A stretch of 64,000 nucleotides of DNA from Amphiscolops sp. MND2022 (Eukaryota): contig OZ076409.1 in the NCBI GenBank assembly GCA_964187785.1, positions 4,404,001 to 4,468,000 on the forward strand, given 5' to 3'. Position 1 is the stretch's first letter; each line of letters begins with the position of its first letter. Under the pieces are notes generated by a model. That model saw only the letters and a program-made list of their open reading frames with translations, was not told where the DNA came from and did not search any database. Shown here piece after piece: positions 13,656 through 27,300 of the stretch. The translations under genes and the position numbers were made by a program.

Positions 13656-14076
13656 CCCTAAATGGACGAGGTAATTTCAAGATCCATCCAAAAATCTGGT
13701 GCTTAAACTTCGAACCACAATATCTCCTAAATATTCAAGTCAGACAAACGATTTATACCGCGTTCGAAAGAAGACAATCAGGGCTTTCAATTGGAATTTT
13801 GAACTGCTGGGCCAGACATTGCGCCACAACCTCGCACGCTCCGTATCTCTTATTACAATTCAGTATGTTTCAAAACATGTTAGGGCCGCTGCGACCCAAC
13901 CTTGATATCAGTGTAATAAAGTGGCCACAAGCGGAAACCGGAAAAACGGAACCCGGAAAAACTATGCAACATCGTCTATAAATTTTATTGGAAAGTTTTC
14001 TTTATGCATTCAGCTAGTGCCTTCAGACGTTTGCAGAAAGTAACTTGTACGAAATGGTACCATCGTCCATTTAGGG
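13656..14076. mobile_element. piggyBac-type MITE; further copy at 16624-17125 and partial copies ending about 57728 and 62304
   Basis: TIR CCCTAAATGGACGA...TCGTCCATTTAGGG flanked by TTAA on both sides; begins 52 bp after the FAHD2 stop. Confidence 0.85.
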
Positions 14077-14799
14077 TTAAAAACATAATGACTGCTTGAT
14101 TTCATGACAGATGTCATTGACTGACATTTGATTTTGACTCATTTCAGTCGAGATATCCTTTATATTTATCTATCAAAGATGTATTTATTTTGCTGTTTCA
14201 ATTCTGCGCAAAATGGATTGATCAACATTTGAACGTGATTGATGACATCATTTTTTTCCACTTCGATGGACAGATGTTCGTTTGTTAGCTTAACACTACA
14301 GTAGTAATACTAATTTCAAAAATGGCAGGCATTTTCGAACAAAAAAATAGTTTCAAATTTTTACGACAAATAAGGTTTTCTCACTTTTGGTCTGTTTTGC
14401 ACAAAAATAAAATCTAAAAATAAGCTTTGTTAGGCTTCTTTTATAATACAATTTCCAAGAAAAAGTTATGTTATCAAATGCAAAAGTTCTGGAGAGTTTT
14501 TATATCGATATTATTTCGGAATCAATTGAGTGAGTGTGGGGCAAAAATTCAAAAAAGTAAAAAGTTTTTAATTTAGCTCCCGACCAATAAAAGTAGCGCG
14601 TGAGACTTTAATTAGCCAAACACCTGGTTTGGATAATAGCCGAACGATATTAAAGACGAATAGTATTGTAGCCGAATCGAATTGGCTATTCCACTCGAGA
14701 AAGAAGCTTCAATTTCGTAACTTATGTAACAATTACATGTAATCCGAAAGATGAAAGTTAATGCTTGTAGATTCGGTTAAAATCACAAGCGGCTATAAC

Positions 14800-15303
14800 C
14801 AGGGGTGTGAAATATTGTATTTAAATATATTTTTTCAAAAAAATAAATATATTGTTTGATTCAATTTCAGCAATAAATATATTGAATTTATTGTCCTGCA
14901 ATATTTTAGGAAAACAATAGATTGCGAAATATTTTATTGGGCAGAGAAACATTCCTTTACAAGGCAAACATCCCAATGTTGTTTATTTGTATAAAGAAAG
15001 ACACTCGAAATTAATAGTCAAATTTGTTGGCAGGAAGTCTTGCTTCCAGTTCTTTCAAAGCTTCGTCCACAAAATCTCCCTTAATAGTCTTTCACTTCTA
15101 GTCCGTTTAAAATGCATATTAAATAAAACTTTGTTTCTATTTTGCGATAATTTTTTTTGCGAAATATATTGTAGAGCTCTGACTATTTGCCTTATTTCAA
15201 TTAATATATTGTATTTTTGCTCCAACTAAATAAATATATTTAATTGTATTTAATTCTAATATATTGAATATATTGCAATACAATATAAATTTTTACACCT
15301 CTG
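14800..15303. mobile_element. hAT-type MITE (second copy 52005-52495)
   Basis: CAGGGGTGTGAAA...TTTTACACCTCTG ends; 8-bp TSD GCTATAAC/GCTATAAG here and GACACAGG at the second copy. Confidence 0.85.
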
Positions 15304-15386
15304 GCTATAAGCCTGTTCTGTCAAAATTACGGCCAAAAATACCTTTTAATCTTTTGATGACGTAATCCTCGCCATTTCCGGTCGCA

Positions 15387-18300
15387 ATGCCGTTTGATGA
15401 ACGGTCTTTCGACAACCCGTATCTCAACACGAAACCCCAAAGTTCCGATCCGAAGCACATTCTCACAGAAAAGGTGAAAAGTAGGATCCAGAAATTCATC
15501 CAGCAGATGCTTGGCGTCATCCGTGAGAGATTGAACGATGGTAGTATTTCCAGCAAAGACACCTCTGTCTACACTGGCTTATCTGGAATTGCGCTGACTC
15601 TGATCACGATCGAAGAGACCGGAATGTTAGGTGAAGACAGTGGTAAGAAAGGGTCTTCTTTCTTGTGCTTGAACTTTTACAAGTCGGAAAAATGTTTCGA
15701 CTACTTAAGCTAAGCACTTGTACCTTTTTTTCTCCCGACCTTTTAATAAAAATTCTAAATTTGTCGCAAACTGTCCATACGATTTTTACGGATATTTGAA
15801 ATATTAGCTCTGATAATCTTTTTGGCCAAACTGGCAACCAATCCTGGAAAATCATCTCGCACAACTTTTCATGTGATTCGGTTTCTGATTTTGCGAATGT
15901 CGAATATGTTTGTGCCAGAGTTTTGACATCGCTATTTTTTTCGCTAATTTCAAAATCGCTATTTCGCTGAAAAACTTTCGTCAAATTATTAATTGTTCGA
16001 ATTCAAGAATGTTCAAATATTAACATTAACTTGATTCAATTTTTGCAAGAAAAAAAAACAGATTTTTTAAAATACTGTGTGGGTTTTACAGAGAATTTTT
16101 TTACAGAGTTGAATATTTTTGAAATTCATTTTCAAACTCCGAGAAAATTTTGAATTTGGACAATCTATTAATAGCCGCTTATTTGAATCGCTAATAGAAT
16201 CGCTGAAAAAACTCCGTGTGGCCGCTAAGTCGCTAAATTGCTGATTAGCGGTGTCAAAACTCTGGATTGTACTGAGCTCTCTTTATCTGTAAAGAGCTAG
16301 CTCTTTATCTGCTAGTTTGGATGTTTTTTAAAACTAAAAGCACTCTAAATGGAAATGAAAGAAGATCCTTACCCCCCCCCCCTTAACCAGGTGGCGAACT
16401 TCTGTCTCTGGCTTATCTACTCACAAAAGGCAATCACTCCAGAAAATCCAGTTCATTCACTCTTCTCTGTGGCTCAGGGTTGGTCCGAGATAGTCTTGCA
16501 AAAAGTTGCAAGTTTTAACGTTTTTTCGTGATGGATCCAAGTTTAAGCCTCGGAAGTTTTTTTCGAATTTTGTATTCAAGTAATCCACTCATTGCAAAAT
16601 ATCACTCATAAGGTGGACTTTAACCCTAAATGGACGAGGAAATCTCAGAATGCATCCAAACCGCAATATCTCCTAAACTTTTCAAGTCCGACAAACGATT
16701 TATTGCGTGTTCAACAAAGATAACCAGGGCTTTCAAATTGATTTTTCAACTGCTGGGTTTTTGAACACTGGCTCCGGTTTTTGCTCCAAATGTTTGCATG
16801 CCTCGTGTTTCTGACTGCATTTCAGCATGTTTCAAAACATGCTAGGGCCACTTTGACCTAATCTTGATACCAGTGGGATAAAATGGCCACAAACGAAAAC
16901 TGGAAAAACGGAAAATCTGCGCTCATTTTTCTCTGATTTCTTGGTCCCGTTTTCTTGATTTTGGAGACATCAAGTCAATATTCCGTGAAAATGCATGCAA
17001 TGCTATGTTAGTTATATCGTCTGAAAACCTTATTTAAGAGTTTTCTTTAACCATAGGGTCAGCTGGTGCCTTCAGAAGTTTGCAAAAACTAACTGGTACG
17101 AAATCTTACCATCTTCCATTTAGGGTTGAAAAAGTCAAATCTGAGGTTCGTAGCATGCTTGCGTAGAATGGGAATTTGCCATATTTCGATAGTTTATTGT
17201 AGACAGGGTTGGCTGACTATAATAATTTTCAACATCAACAAGTTATTTGATCTTGAAATCAACAGCTTCTGACTTTCGCTCCGAGCACTCTACAATCGGA
17301 ACGCGTTCTCATCGCGTCAGACTTTTTCATTCGAATGGAAAAATAAAAATCAATTCGGAGTTGAAAAACCCAAAAACTAGTTTTCTAATCCATTTTTTGA
17401 ATTCATTACACAAAAATAGTCAGTTTTCTGCATGCTGATTTTTAGGAGTCGGAAAAATTTTCGGCTGCTTCTGCAATCGTACTTTTTCTCCTGACCTTTC
17501 AATGAAAATTTCAAATTGCTCAAACTGTCCATACGATTTCGTTAAAATTTTGCACAGCCATTCTATACGCAAAGGTGCACAATGTCATTAAAATCGTATG
17601 ACTGGCATTTGAGAAACGCTTTTTTTGGACTTTTTGATTATCACGGCAGCTTCACTGCCGAGTGACAACATCGCTTAATGAAAATGTTGCTTTTGAATCA
17701 TCGAAATTGGAGCTAAAATTTCCAAGGGTTGGTGCTTACATCTGCTGCACAGTGTACCTTTTATCGATCTTAAAGTTTAATACTTTTTAAACGAACAATT
17801 CCTGAACGGTAACATTGAAAACATCTATGGCACTGAAGGAACCGAATGAAACCCGAAAACCTTCAACAACAGGAAAAGTTGGCTTTTTGATGGTGCCACT
17901 TCAAAATTGTTTTTTTTTTGTTTTCCTTTTTTATATAAAGTAGAAGTATTAGGAAGTAACGAGTCGTGTACCGGCTGTACTTACAGAGAATATCGTAAAT
18001 AACGAATATACGGAAGGTTCGATGTACGACCGAACGCTGACCTATACTAATCAGAGTTTTGACACCGCCAATCAGCGAATTAGCGTCAGCGCAGAATTTT
18101 TTCAGCGATTCAAATTAGCGGCAACTAATAGATTGTCCAAATTCACAGTTTCCCCGGAAAATACATGGAACTTCAGAATAAATTTCGAAAAAATCAAACT
18201 CTTACACTTTTAAAACTCACACAGTATGAAAAATGTTTTTGCAAAAATTGAATAAAGTTATCATTACACTTGCGATAAGCAAGTGTTATGGGAAAGTGCG

Positions 18301-21300
18301 AGTTTTTTTTTCCGCGCGGCAACTCTCATTTCAGACCGCAAGTCGCATAATTCAGACTTTTTTGGTCTAGCGGTAAGATGCTTGCTTTTCAACCCATAGG
18401 GTCCGGGTTCGAACCCGCGCCTATGCGCTAGTTTTTTTTACAAGTTTTTCGAAGCATAAGATTCTCTTTTTTTCGACAATATGAGACAGACCCCCCCCCC
18501 CCTCTTCGAATTTTTCGAAAATTTTTTAATGTCCCCAAAGGGTCCTCCCTTAATTTTTTTGATATTTTGCAACAGAACGAATGTTAAAAAATTAAAAGGG
18601 TCTCTTCTTTCAGATTTTTCGGCACTATGAGACTGTTAAAAATTCGCATTTTTTTCGAAAGTTTTTCGATAAAAACACATTCGGTGTTTTTATATGCGAC
18701 TTTTTAAATTTTTTTTCATCGAAGTCCCCCCTCAATTTTTACCAAAAATGAAACGTTTTGCGACTGTAAAAGACTCGTCAAGGTTTTCGGCGCTTTGCGA
18801 CTTCAAAAAAATTGACGGTGACCTTCAAAAAATTTTTTCGAAAATATTTTGGAAAAATTTCGGAAAATTTTTGAAAAAATTCAAAAAATTTTTTCCTCCA
18901 ATTTTCTTTTTTTAAAGGTTTTCTGTTGAGGAAGATGGGTTTTTTGCTGTTTTCAGTTGAGGAAGAATGGTTTTCGAGACTTATGCCCATCCCTTCGGGT
19001 ATTTTTTGGCGCTGTAAAATTGATGAAATTTTAACATAGTCCTTTTACCCTTGGTTCTACGTATGATATTGCTTATTTGGTTTTCAAAAGTTCGCAAGTG
19101 TTTGCGAAGCACGGCCCCCGCCTCTGTGTTGAATTTTGAAACATACTTGAATTCAAACATTTACTATATTGAAGTAAAAGTTTTTCAGGGAAATAGCGAT
19201 TTTGAAATTAGCGGTTTAGCGATTAGCAAAAAGTCCAATAGCGATGTCAACGCTCTGATACTAATCAACCCCTGTGTACCTTCTTCAGCGGTGCTCTAGC
19301 CGTGGAAGCGATATCACGGCAGAAATTGGGAAAAGATAGTCGGGAACTTGTGAAGGAGATCATTGATTTGCATGAACACGTGGCCCACCAAGACCCAAGG
19401 ACGTTCGACGAGTTCCTTTACGGCCGAGTTGGTTACTTGGGAGTGTTCACGCTTCTCAACAAGTACTTCCCGGATCTGAAAGATGCCAAGTTGGAAGACA
19501 AAATATGCGATGCCATCATCAAAAGTGGCATGAAAGCAAGCAAGAAACACAATGCCAGTTAGTTTGATAACTTTTCATATTGAAATCCGGTTCTTTCTGC
19601 CGTTCAATTTTTTGTTCAATGACGACTCTTTATGTATTAAGACTTTATGTATTTAGACGACTCTTACAATTCTAAATACATAATTTGACGTGAAACTCGA
19701 GTATAGCAGCAGTAAAACTGAAACTGAACCTAATTAAAGGTGGCCTAAAAATAGGAATCCAGTGAAGCGTCTTGTTACCATAAAAACTGCTTACTCGGCT
19801 TAAATTATTTTCAAAAATTGACACTAGTGAGATTCGAACCCCGTTTTCATGCTCTAAGCCCGTAAGCCAATGCTCTAACCACTGGGACAACTGCCATATG
19901 ACAACCACAAAAACTTCAGCTTTTCGACAGTGACCCTTTGACTTTTTGACATTGTGACTCGAGGAAAAACTATGAAAGCTCAAAAAGTGCCTTTTCGTTT
20001 TATTAGAGAAAATCCCCCAACACGGAAGCACAGTTTATTCATGAAGAAAAATATTAAAGTGTTATTTATGAAGTTAAATACTTAGAGGATTGTCTCTACA
20101 GCTGTTTTGCAACTTCCAGCGAAACATGACCCTAATTTTTTGATATTATTGTACAAAATAGCAAAGATTCACGCTTTGCTGTATGAAAGCCCCTATTTCA
20201 TCAGTAATTTTACCCGTCATACAATTTAAGAAGCCACTTTTAACTGACAGTCATGGGTGTTAGGTTGGTTTATTATTATTTGTGCGATAAGCAGGAATAT
20301 TATTGAAACAGATGTCAACTTTTTTCAGTAAAATTCTCGTCGCGATACTGAATAATTCAGATTTTTTGTTCGGCAGTAACTGTAAGCGTGAGAATTAAAT
20401 TTCTCAAGCTGTCGACGACAATTCAATTCTCGTGCGATGGAACGAGTGAGTGGTAATTATGCATTCGTACGCTGACGTCATTGAGATGAAGCGAACGAAT
20501 ATTCTTAATTATGCTTTCGTACGCCGAGTTATTGAGATGAAGCGAATGAGTGTTAATTATTCGTTCGCCGAGAGGCTCGCCTGCATTCAAATGCGAATGC
20601 GAAACTTCGTCTACTTTTAGTAGTTATATTTGCTTTAGTCCGAGATTTAAATGCGGTATAAGCTGGTACAGTGATCAATTGAGTAGTTAAGATTTCCGCC
20701 GGCCTTTCAACGGGGGGGGGGGTCCTCGGTTTTCACGGGGTGGGTCCTTGCTCTGAAATTTTAGGACCTATCCCTAAAAGGAAGGGGTCCTTCCAAATTG
20801 GTGTTCGGAATTGATTCGGCTTTTGACTGCGAAAGTAAATTATTGGTCGGATTCTTTTTGTATTCGTTTTTTGGATTCTTTCTGTATTCGTTTTTGGAAT
20901 CGGATTTTTGCGAAAGTACATGTAAAAGCGTAGACACTCTTGTTTATTCTTTGAATGCCTGAAAGTTTGGAAAGTACTAACCTTGAAATTTTGTTGTAAT
21001 TGAATTGTAAAGCTGGATTGACTAATACTGGTACAACAACTAAGTCGGGTTGTAGTATTGTTGTGCCAAGCGATCGATCGGCCAATAAAAAGTAATCTAG
21101 TTTGTCGTATAATTCACACCAAAGTTTAATAGGGTACGAGAGGGTGTGAAATTTATGTACAGTTTTGTTCGAATGCATTATTCGTCTGATGTTACGAACG
21201 TGTTTTGATAAAAATTCATTATAAAGCAAATATCAGCAGCAGGAAGGAATGCTGAGAATCAAAATTGGAAATGGACCCCCAAAAAATAGACGTTGTAAAA

Positions 21301-24300
21301 GTGCAGCAAACTTTTCATAGACTTTCATTAGACAATTCAGACAAATTCGAAACTTATCAAAAGTATGTGCTAAGTTTTTGTTTGGTATATCTAAAAAATT
21401 GCAACTTCAACAACATTACTTTGGACCATTTGAAATATTTGCTGAAAGAAGAACCAGAAATCAAATGTGAAATTTTCTACAAGTATTGCAAAGTGTACAG
21501 ATTATTTGTGATTGTTCGCGACTCGCAAGAGCTTATGGGGGCGTTTAGTGACGTGTGTGACTGCTTGGATAGAAGAACCAGATTGCAAAAGTTTTGGTCA
21601 TGCTCAGTTCGCCCTCTCTGGAGCATTTTGAAACTCAAATATTCAGCACAAGCCCACTGGTTCCGTGAATTGGAATGTTGAATGAGAACGAAATTCTTGT
21701 TATTGATTTTGAAGGGTTTGACTACAACGGTCTTATCGTTAAAGAGCTGAGCGTTCACAGTAAAAATTATCAAGAAACCCTACTTTTCAAACCTCCTCAA
21801 GCCTTTTCTACAATTTCAACTATTAACCGCGACTCGATAATATTCTTAACAAAAAGAATACACGGTATTGACTGGGACAGTGGCGTTTACCCTTACACTT
21901 CTATCCATAATTATTTGGCCAGTTTACGACTTCGTTTTCCCAACGCAATTGTTTTTGTCGACGGACATGTGAAGAGAGCATTTATCTCCAACTATTTTAA
22001 AAAAGTTTACATTTTGCAAAGGCTTGGTTGTCCCCCAATTAAACATTTATGTGTTAATGCTGTGGTTTCTTGTGGGAACCACGCAAACTATCTCCCATGG
22101 AATAGTCAACAACAACATTTCTGGCATTGCAGCAAATTGAAAACTGCTGTTGCTTATCAGTGGTTAGAGAGTAGGCGCAATGCAAACCAATCAAAAGTTG
22201 ACTCCAAACTTGAGCGTCTGTGTGTAGGCTGTTCCAAACAATAGTGGTGTGGTGGAAGCAAGCAGGACTTTTGGAAAGAATATGTCAGTAGCTTCTAGTG
22301 CACGAGACTCAAAACTGTCCAGGATGAAAAAGAAACTACCTCCTTTAAACATGCACATTTCCAGGCCACCTCCTCCTGTCGAAATTGACAAAAATTGCCC
22401 GAATCTACCACAAGAAGTGAGGGACGTAGTCAAATCCAAAAGTGTCCTCAGAATTTGGTTCTATTACGGATCCGGGAAAACTGGCTCAAAATTCAAAATC
22501 GATTTGGAAACAAAAGATAAAGAATGGAATTCATTTATAATGCTGGAAACCCAAAGAATATTCGTCTTACCAAGGAGCAAAAGTTTGAACTGACTTTTTG
22601 TGTGATTTGATATAATGCTTTTTTTGTTTTGAAACTAACTCTCTCTGTAGTGTAGTCCTTCGGTGCCTCAATGGCAAGAAAAATCTTGTCTCTGCACCTT
22701 AACCTACCTCAACATTGACAGCCAACAAAAAACTTGTGTAAACGACACACAAGGTCCGGCACGTACTAAGGAAACAATGCATGATGTTCCGCAGTACAAT
22801 TTTTTTTGTATCTTTTGTACTAACATTTTATTTAACAATTTTGAACCATTTCTGATATACAACGTGTGTGTAATAATGTACAATTAATTGGAATTGAATT
22901 TAATAATTTCGTAGTACACTTTTTGAAAAATGGGTTCAGAAACAGTTGATTTACCAGATGTATTATCATGTCAAGAAATTGTGTTCGATAAAGAGAATAA
23001 CGAGAGACCAGCCTGGAAATTTTGTTTTGCTACAAACATACCACGATCGCAAGTTATATTTTTTGTTCATGTACTCTCAGCTTTCTTTGTGATAACATTT
23101 TGTCTGGTGAAACTAATCTTTTTTGAAGTATCATGTGAAGACATGCCATTTTGGACATCACTTTTGGCTGGATCAGTTGGATATCTTTTACCTAGCCCAA
23201 AATTATGAACAAAATCATTTTTACTACAGAAAGAGTTTTCATGTCAGTTGTTGGACCATCTGGATCTGGAAAAACCCGACTGATTTTTTCTATGCTCACA
23301 TCCAAGACCTTTTATCCACGCTTTCAAAAAATTTACTACTTTTATCGCGAGTTCCAACAAATTTTCAAAGAAGTGGAAAAACGGATGAACATCGAGTTTA
23401 TCAGTTGTCTAGATTTTGATTTGATAAAGACGCTTCAGGAGTGTTTGCTGATATTTGACGACTCTTGCGAAGAAATTTACCAAGATAAAAACTTTGCAAA
23501 AATTGCAGTCTCTGGCCGACACAGAGGAATTAACTGTATTTTTGTCAAACATAATTTGTATCATCAAAGTAAGTGGTCACGTACAATTGACCTCAACACA
23601 ACCCACATTATTCTTTTTAATTCTCCTCGTGACACACAGCAAATTGAATATCTTGGAAGACAATTAAACAAAGCTGTATTTCTAAAAGAGTGCTACACAG
23701 ACGCTGTTGCAGAACCACATGGTCATTTACTCATTGATTTGGATCCAAAGACAAGTGAATGTCTACGCTTTTGTTCAAACATTGTAGGACCAGGACCAAC
23801 AATATTTTATTTGCCTTCGTCACAAGCAAAAATTACAGAAATTAACAATGAGCGAGAAAAATTTGCATACACTCAGTCTCTTGGAAAAACTCACTTCAGT
23901 ACAGCAACAAAAACTTCTACGACATTGTGACAAGGAATTTTTGAAATTTTGTTGCGAGTGTGCAATCAATGTTGTGAATGGAACGGTTGGTATCAACGTG
24001 GACGAATTAAAACAGTACGAAATCCAACTCAGATTACTTTGTAAAAGGTCTACCTCCACTAAGGAACGCAGAAAAATTTTAATGTCACCAAAAGGTCTCA
24101 AATTGTTAAACTTCATTATTCGGCCTTGTTTCTGTTACCTGACAGATTGAATTCCGTTATGAACACCCAAGAATTTGTACTTATCCCAAAAAGTTTTTAT
24201 ACTCAACAGAAACACTCCACACTGCAAGTTTTGAGAGACCCAGAAGTTGAACAAAAGGCAAAGTCTCTCACTCTACTACAAAGAAACAATACTTTTCCGG

Positions 24301-27300
24301 ACCCCTCAACAGTAGAAAAGAAAGAAAAAACCAGTAAAGAAAATATTTTAAAGTCTTTGGATATGCTCACAGCGGCACAAAAACAAAGAACGAGAGAAAT
24401 TTTGAACAAAATTGAATCTTCCGAAACAATTGATTTTGATGAAACAGGCGATATTACAGTAAACAAAATTTCCACAAAAATTTCGCTCTCAACATTTCTT
24501 TATAATCTGCAGCAACCCAACAAAAACCTAACTGATCCTTCATACTCTATCATTCTTAAAGAATTGATGGTAAATCCTAATTTAGTGCCTAACCGGAACG
24601 CCAAAAACATTTTGAACCCTAGTACAACAAGAAAGAGAGCAGAACCCACTCGAGACGAATCAGATGCCAGCAACGAAGAATCTGAAGAAATTGCTAAAAG
24701 CAAAGCGTCTGGATCGAAAATATGGACATCTCTCGGAATCTGAAAGAAAAACCCTCGAGAAACTTTACACACAAGGTCCAGCTGCTTATGGTAGCGTTGA
24801 AAACTTGAAAAAAGCTAGTAAGCTTCCAAAAAGGAAAGTGGAAACATTTTTGGCTCAAACAGACGCTCATACAAAATATCACGCTCCCAGAAAAAAATTT
24901 CCACGATTGAAGGTTCAAGCTTACAGAATCAATGAGATTTGGTCGATAGATGTTGCTTATATGGACAAATTAGCAAAATACAACAACGGTGTGAAATACT
25001 TGCTAGTTGCAGTTGATGTACTATCGAGATTCCTACGGGTTGAACCAATGAAAACAAAAAGTGCAGCAGATTCAACAAGAGCATTCAAAAGAATGATAAC
25101 AAAGTCCATTCCCGAAAAAATCTGGTCAGACAAGGGATCAGAGTTTAAAGGGGAATTTAAGCAGTTCTGCGATTCCAAAAACATTGACATTTACAGCACT
25201 CATAGTGAGACAAAATCTGCTTTTGCAGAACGTAATATTCGTTCTCTAAAAAACATTATATATAAACATTTGGAAAAGAGATGGTCTTATCAATACATCA
25301 AAAAACTCCATGACTTTGTTGACATCATAAATTCACGAGTAAACCGAGTGACAGGATTGGCTCCAAAGAAGGTTTCAGATAAAGATGTACCTCATTTGAT
25401 TTCTCTGGTTTCTTACAAGTCCACTAAACAGCTACGAGTGCCGAAATTCAGAGTCGGTGACTTTGTGAGAGTGTCAAAAGAAAACTTACCCTTCAAAAAA
25501 GGTTACAAACAGAATTTTACCGACGAAATTTTTCAAATTGAAAAAATCGCAACTCTCAATCCCCCAACTTACAACTTACTGGACTCTGAGAAGGAAAAAC
25601 TCTTGGGCAAGTTTTATCAGCCTGAATTGATTTTGGTGAAAAAGAAAAATGGACGAATTTGAAGTTCATTTATTATCCACAGCGTCATTAGAAATTTTTG
25701 GTGACAATACATTGGCAGCATTCAAAAATCAACTCCCACAAAATATTTCCCTGGAAGGCGACTGGCGTGTGGCTCTATCAGAAATTATTTTTCCCTCGGA
25801 AATTAATAACGTTTACACAGACTTTTTTTATTACGTTCACACTACCAAAAAGAAGGAAGATGAAGAAAACCTTGACGAAATTGATGAAGAAAAAGCAGAG
25901 GAAATTGAAATTGACTCTGAACCAGTTGTTCCATATTATCAAAAACTAAAGATAAGACCTTCGATGTACAGTCATATCAACAACCTACTTTTTGAAATGC
26001 GTTCAAAAGTAAATTTACTCACGGAAGACGGTAAACATAGATCCACCGAAAATGGCCTAGAAATTAAATTTGATGCATATGCTGGCTACACTTTTCCTAA
26101 CAGAAACATTCCCAACCTACTTGGATTCAAGGGAAAAGAGACTGCTTTTGGTATTCATATAGGAAACGAAGACATCCTGAACAGTAGATGGGTTGTGAAT
26201 GACTTTCCGGTGGATTTGATTTCTGGCATTAGTCTAATTCTTGTTTACACTGATTTGATTGAATATCAAAACACGGGCGACGTAAAAGCACCCGTTTTGA
26301 GAATCATTGATAGTGGGAAACGTGTTGAAAGTGGCAAGGTCGTGACAACCCAGAATTTGGAAACAAGATCATTTTTTGATTTACAATACAAGAAACTGTT
26401 GGTTCAAAATATTCAAACAATAAGCATTCAACTCAGAACAGAGACTGGGATCCTGGTACCCTTTTGTGGTAAAGGTCAAGTTGTTTTGACCCTAAAATTT
26501 AAAAAATTCGCCTAATGGAAGACTATTACTCAAAGCAAGTGTATTTACCCCATTTCGCCAGTTACAACAGACAACGAGGTAGTGGAATTGGTGCACTGGC
26601 AGCCGGTATTGGCCGAGTGGCTTTACCCTTTGCAAAAAATTTTATTTTACCTGCTGCAAAAAAAATTGGCAAAGAATTGCTCGTTCAAAGTGTCCCTGAG
26701 GTCTTTGATGTTATTGCAAAGCGAAAATCGCCACGTGAGGCTGCTAAAACAGCTATGAAAAAGACGATAAAGAAGCAGATTGGTGGAAAAAGCAAACGTT
26801 CTTCAAAGAAACGAAAAACCATTACGAAATCAAAACGCAAACAGAGAAGTCGGTCCGATTTCTTTTCAAAAGTCAAAAATGTTGCCTAATATTTTACCAC
26901 TCGAAGCTTCACATAGTTCCCTCGACATTTTTGAGCGATCACCTGTTTTGATTACATTTGACTCTTCCTTTGAACAAAAGATTGGCCCGATTTACTCCCC
27001 CAATGGACCAACATTGGAATTTGAAGTTGTAGGAGACCGAAATAATTTTTTGGACCTACAAAAAATTTTTCTCGAGATAAAATGCAAAATTAAACAAAGC
27101 GATGGAAATGACTTACGATATGATGCAACGGATGCAACACAAACAGACACTCCTATTTTTGTGAATAATACATTACACTCTCTATTCTCCGAATGCACTG
27201 TTACTGCTAATGGAATAAAAATTTCCAATGCAAACGGTGTTTACGCACACAAGGCCTTTATTGAAACCGAATATTCGAATGGCAAGGAAGCCAAAGAAAC

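Noticed and set aside
18362..18425. tRNA genes here and at about 19825-19895, 39765-39826 and 59086-59157
   Set aside because: A/B-box-like motifs are present but I could not build full cloverleaves; most sit inside or beside repeats, so they are probably tRNA-derived SINE fragments. tRNAscan-SE would settle it.
20676..20681. CAATTG as part of the TIR
   Set aside because: It is palindromic and so appears to extend the TIR, but empty-site copies carry one such hexamer and 6 bp is the Polinton TSD length.
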